Shown here: positions 38,387-41,875 of the stretch, piece by piece | Layout of the letters: every line of letters begins with the position of its first letter | Position numbering within the stretch: the stretch's first letter is position 1 | Assembly: GCA_043718025.1 (NCBI GenBank) | Contig: JAYSWN010000019.1 | Coordinates: 1 to 41,875, forward strand | DNA length: 41,875 nucleotides | Source: Pseudomonadota bacterium | GTDB taxonomy: Bacteria; Bdellovibrionota; FAC87; UBA2466 | Direction: 5' to 3' | Position numbers and translations under genes: made by a program | Notes under the pieces: generated by a model | Database searches by the model: none | What the model saw: only the letters and a program-made list of their open reading frames with translations | Told to the model about the DNA's origin: nothing

Positions 38387-38416
38387 ATTGTAATCGGGTT
38401 GCCGACGGAGTGTCTA
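38387..38416 (-). promoter_or_regulatory. Putative sigma70 promoter for the glpA-like operon (leaderless geometry)
   Basis: TAGACA (38416-11)-N18-TACAAT (38392-87), 6 nt before ATG 38380; no SD. Confidence 0.5.
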
Positions 38417-38446
38417 TTTTCTAGGTGGGTGGCGAGTGGTTTGTCC

Positions 38447-38535
38447 GCCCCGTAGGGAGAGAATGAGTTTGAGAGGATCCACGGCACGGGACAGGCGCCG
38501 GAGATCCTCTCAAACTCATTCTCTCCCTACGGGGC
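38447..38535. repeat. Perfect 33-bp inverted repeat with a 23-nt spacer
   Basis: GCCCCGTAGGGAGAGAATGAGTTTGAGAGGATC (38447-79) is the exact reverse complement of 38503-35. Confidence 0.97.
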
Positions 38536-38565
38536 TTTCAAGTAGCTCACGATTAGATCGAAAAG

Positions 38566-40407
38566 TTAATCCGGCTTCTTTGGCGGGCGAATGGCGACCG
38601 ACAGCTCTTCGAGCTGCTTTTCGGCAACTGGAGAAGGGCTGTCGCTCATCAAGCAGCTTGCCTTTTGGGTTTTGGGAAACGCAATCACGTCGCGGATGGC
38701 ATCGCAGCCGGTCATTAACATGGCGATGCGATCGACGCCCAAGGCAATTCCTCCGTGAGGAGGAGTGCCGTACTGTAGTGCCTTTAAGAAGAACCCGAAC
38801 TTCATTTCGGCCTCTTCTTCGCCGATTCCCAGCAGCCTAAACATCTGCGCTTGAACCTCGGGTCGATAAATGCGCAAAGAGCCGCCGCCAATTTCGTAAC
38901 CGTTTAAGACCAAGTCGTAGGCCCGAGCGCGGGTGTTGTACATGGTTTGAAACGACGCCGACTTCTTATCCTTGATGGGATAAAGCTCTTCCGCTTTCAC
39001 CGCCAAAAAAGCCGCTTGATCGTCTAAATGCGGGCTGGTGAATGGGTGATGAGCGGCGTAGAAGCGTTTGTCCTCGTCGTTGTATTCAAACAACGGAAAA
39101 TCGGTGACCCACAAAAATTCCCAGGCCCCCTCTTTGGTGTAACCGAGCTTGTTGCCGTACTCTAAACGCAAAGCGCCCAGCGCATTGTTAACGATGTTGG
39201 GGTCGCCGCAAACGAAGAACACCATGGCGTTTTCGGTAAATGGTAACTTGTTCTCGATTTCAGTGCGTAAGGCGTCGTCGAAGAACTTGGCTTGCGGAGA
39301 CTGCCAGTCGCCCTTGGTCTTGATGCGAATCCAGCTGATGCCGCGCGCTCCGTAGGGGGCCACTTTTTTAAGTAAGCTATCCAGCTCGCTGCGCGACAAC
39401 GGCTCTTTCTCCTGAAAGCAAAGTGCCTTTAGAATTCCACCCGCACCCAGCGCATTTTGGTAAACCTGAAAAGTGCTCTTCTTCCCTTCCGCCGTAAGCT
39501 CGACCAGCTCAAGGGGGTTGCGCATGTCGGGCTTATCGCTACCAAACCGCGCCATAGCGTCGGCATACTTCAGTCGATGAAAAGGCGTCTTAATGTCGAC
39601 CTTTAGCACCTCTTTAAAGACCTTAACCATCAGCCCTTCGTGCAAGGCCTGGACATCACCCTCATCGATGAACGACATTTCAACGTCGACTTGAGTAAAT
39701 TCAGGTTGCCGATCGGCGCGCAAGTCTTCATCGCGGAAACAGCGCGCGATCTGCACGTAGCGATCAAGCCCGCCCACCATACAAAGCTGCTTCAATGTTT
39801 GCGGAGACTGCGGCAAGGCGTAAAACTGGCCGGGGTGAACGCGGCTCGGCACCAAATAATCGCGCGCGCCTTCGGGCGTGCTCTTGTAGAGGATGGGCGT
39901 TTCAATTTCCCAAAACCCGTTGTTGAAATAGTACTCACGCGCTGATTTCAAAAACTCGTGGCGCACGCGTAAGTTATTTTGCAACTTGGGGCGACGTAGT
40001 TCCAAATAACGGTGCTTTAAACGCAGCTGTTCGTCCACTTCACCGGCGGACGGGCTGTCTTCGTGCAATGAAAATGGCAACGGCGCCGCTTTGTTTAACA
40101 CCTCGAGCTCCATCACCTGTACCTCAATGGCGCCGGTGCCCATGTTTTTATTGTGCATGCCCTCGGGGCGAACCTTAACCTGCCCTTTGATGCCAATGAC
40201 CCATTCCATTCGAAGATCGGCGGCTTCAGGCAAGGGATAGGCGTTGGGGTCGAAAACCACCTGGCAAACCCCCGAACGGTCGCGCAGGTCGATGAACACC
40301 ACTCCACCGTGGTCACGCCAACGGTGCACCCAGCCACAAAGCTGAACGGTGGTGTCGGCCTCTTTTTTCGTGAGCTGCCCGCAATAATGGGTTCGTTTAA
40401 TTCGCAC
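38566..40407 (-). CDS. aspS: Aspartate--tRNA ligase, likely non-discriminating tRNA(Asp/Asn) type
   Basis: RTHYCG, RDHGG.FIDLRD, STPEGARDYLVPSR, ALPQSPQ, CFRDEDLRADRQPEFTQ, HHPFT, PPHGG.ALG.DR. GTG start. Confidence 0.99.
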   Translation of the reverse strand: MRIKRTHYCGQLTKKEADTTVQLCGWVHRWRDHGGVVFIDLRDRSGVCQVVFDPNAYPLPEAADLRMEWVIGIKGQVKVRPEGMHNKNMGTGAIEVQVMELEVLNKAAPLPFSLHEDSPSAGEVDEQLRLKHRYLELRRPKLQNNLRVRHEFLKSAREYYFNNGFWEIETPILYKSTPEGARDYLVPSRVHPGQFYALPQSPQTLKQLCMVGGLDRYVQIARCFRDEDLRADRQPEFTQVDVEMSFIDEGDVQALHEGLMVKVFKEVLKVDIKTPFHRLKYADAMARFGSDKPDMRNPLELVELTAEGKKSTFQVYQNALGAGGILKALCFQEKEPLSRSELDSLLKKVAPYGARGISWIRIKTKGDWQSPQAKFFDDALRTEIENKLPFTENAMVFFVCGDPNIVNNALGALRLEYGNKLGYTKEGAWEFLWVTDFPLFEYNDEDKRFYAAHHPFTSPHLDDQAAFLAVKAEELYPIKDKKSASFQTMYNTRARAYDLVLNGYEIGGGSLRIYRPEVQAQMFRLLGIGEEEAEMKFGFFLKALQYGTPPHGGIALGVDRIAMLMTGCDAIRDVIAFPKTQKASCLMSDSPSPVAEKQLEELSVAIRPPKKPD

Positions 40408-41707
40408 TGCGCGATCTCCCTTTTGCTTTTAAAAGTATTTCGGTTTCTAAATCTTTGATGGCTACGTTCTTCTGCTCACCGGTGGCCAACTCTTTTACGA
40501 TTGCCTGGCCGGTTCCCAATTCGTATTCGCCCACGATCACCGCGTAGGCGGCACCAACGCGATCAGCCTGCTTCATGAGCCACTTAAGGCCTTTGTCATT
40601 TTCGTAGGGCATCTCCACCGGCACGCCACTTTTCTTCAATTTATGGTGCAGGGGGTAGAGCGCTTCAAACGCCTTTTCGCCCATGGCCGCAAAGTAAGCC
40701 ACCGGTCCACTAGCTTTCGCAATTGGAGTTTGGGTGGCTTCTAGCGCCAGCATTACGCGCTCTAAACCAATGGCCCAACCCACCGAAGGAAAGTCTTGTT
40801 TTCCAAATCGGGCCGAAAGGCCGTCATACCTTCCCCCACCGCCTAATGCACTCTGAGCGCCTAACAAGTTCGAGGTAAATTCAAAGGCGGTACGACAATA
40901 ATAATCAAGGCCGCGCACGATGTACGGATCTTCAACGAACTTTACCTTTTCGGCGGCCAAACACTCTTTCACCCGATTGTGGTGTTTAAGGCACGCTTCA
41001 TCCAGGTTGTTAATTCCGAGCGGGGCGCTTTCCGAAAGCTTTTTGCACGCTTCATTCTTGCAGTCCAAAATGCGCAGTGGCGCCCGTTCTAAACGGCGTT
41101 GGCAATTTTCACAAAGTTCAGCCAGGTGAGGCGTGAAGTAGGCCACCAGCTTTTCGCGGTAAGCCGGACGGCAGTCTTTGCAGCCCACGCTGTTGATCCT
41201 AATTTCGTAGTGCGACTCTCCCGTCAAGCCCAGCGCCTGGAGAATGTGATCGAATAGCAAAATAAGTTCGGCGTCCGCTTCGGCAGTAGCATCGTGAATG
41301 AGCTCGCAACCTAACTGATGGAACTGCCGCAAACGCCCTTTTTGCGGCCGCTCGTAGCGAAACATCGGCCCCATGTAGTAGTAGCGGCCGCGGTGGCCGG
41401 TGTTGCCCAAGCCGTGCTCCATCACCGCGCGAATAAACCCGGCCGTGCCCTCGGGCCTGAGCACCAGCACTTCTGGTTTAGAATCGGGATGCGCGCCGCG
41501 GTCTTGCACCTGGTACATCTGTTTTTCTACGATGTCGGTCTCATCACCCACGGCTTTAAACACTTCAATCTTCTCTAAAGCGGGAGTACGAATTTCTGCG
41601 TAGCCAAAATTTGTCATGATTTCACGCAGGCGTTTTTCGACACCTTGCCACCGGACAAGCTCATCGCCGAACAGATCGTTCATGCCGCGCACTGCTTTTA
41701 AGTCCAC
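40397..41707 (-). CDS. hisS: Histidine--tRNA ligase
   Basis: VRGMND, KQMY, LRPEGTA, GPMFRYERPQKGR.RQFHQ, VRGLDYY, GGGRYDGL, GWAIGLER. AGGAG RBS, GTG start. Confidence 0.99.
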   Translation of the reverse strand: MDLKAVRGMNDLFGDELVRWQGVEKRLREIMTNFGYAEIRTPALEKIEVFKAVGDETDIVEKQMYQVQDRGAHPDSKPEVLVLRPEGTAGFIRAVMEHGLGNTGHRGRYYYMGPMFRYERPQKGRLRQFHQLGCELIHDATAEADAELILLFDHILQALGLTGESHYEIRINSVGCKDCRPAYREKLVAYFTPHLAELCENCQRRLERAPLRILDCKNEACKKLSESAPLGINNLDEACLKHHNRVKECLAAEKVKFVEDPYIVRGLDYYCRTAFEFTSNLLGAQSALGGGGRYDGLSARFGKQDFPSVGWAIGLERVMLALEATQTPIAKASGPVAYFAAMGEKAFEALYPLHHKLKKSGVPVEMPYENDKGLKWLMKQADRVGAAYAVIVGEYELGTGQAIVKELATGEQKNVAIKDLETEILLKAKGRSRSAN

Positions 41708-41830
41708 AAACCGCTCCTAAAGCCCAAAATTGCCAAAAAAATTCAGTTTTCTAAGTTAACACACTTAAAAAATAATCACCCTGAAACCCCTAATTTGCTT
41801 GAGTAAAGAACCGGTGACAAATCTTGCTTT

Positions 41831-41859
41831 TTGACACGGTATGTCAAGCTCCGTATAAG
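41831..41859 (+). promoter_or_regulatory. Near-consensus sigma70 promoter pointing out of the window, with an overlapping palindrome
   Basis: TTGACA (41831-36)-N17-TATAAG (41854-59); TTGACA-N5-TGTCAA palindrome at 41831-47. Confidence 0.55.
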
Positions 41860-41875
41860 AAGCAGGTCCCCAACA

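Noticed and set aside
41860..41875. GGTCCCC at the window end might begin a tRNA or other RNA downstream of the promoter
   Set aside because: It is truncated at the edge and the visible bases do not fit a tRNA 5' pattern.

Overview
A bacterial chromosomal window of moderate GC that is densely packed with mostly housekeeping and metabolic genes. Gene content and style suggest a deltaproteobacteria/Bdellovibrionota-like diderm (inference only). In order it holds: a glutathione cluster (gshB, ggt, divergent Nit1-like amidase); a FadF/HdrD-like membrane Fe-S oxidoreductase and a LysR regulator; a large secreted hypothetical protein; bioB; a long + strand run (alaS, lptF/G, def, fmt, rpe, hutH, hutU, hutI); a transpeptidase-only PBP; nadC-nadB-nadA; a PAP2 protein and a nitroreductase; a Zn-ribbon/Tudor-like small protein followed by a structured intergenic region; the livKHMGF ABC transporter; xseB; a hypothetical lipoprotein; a class II aldolase plus mtnA; a divergent glpA/glpB-like pair with a mini-ferredoxin; a 33-bp perfect inverted repeat; and aspS-hisS. 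I recognised no rRNA, tRNA, CRISPR array, transposase or phage gene. The best candidates for new biology are four: (i) the secreted ~722-aa protein with motifs in the order of the glutamate-cysteine-ligase/amidoligase fold, near a gshB cluster that has no gshA in the window; (ii) the Zn-ribbon plus PcrA-type Tudor protein directly followed by a ~154-nt nested RNA fold; (iii) a GlpA homologue that has lost its substrate-binding motifs; and (iv) the 89-bp hairpin element. All functional calls come from recognising motifs by eye; no database searches or folding computations were run.
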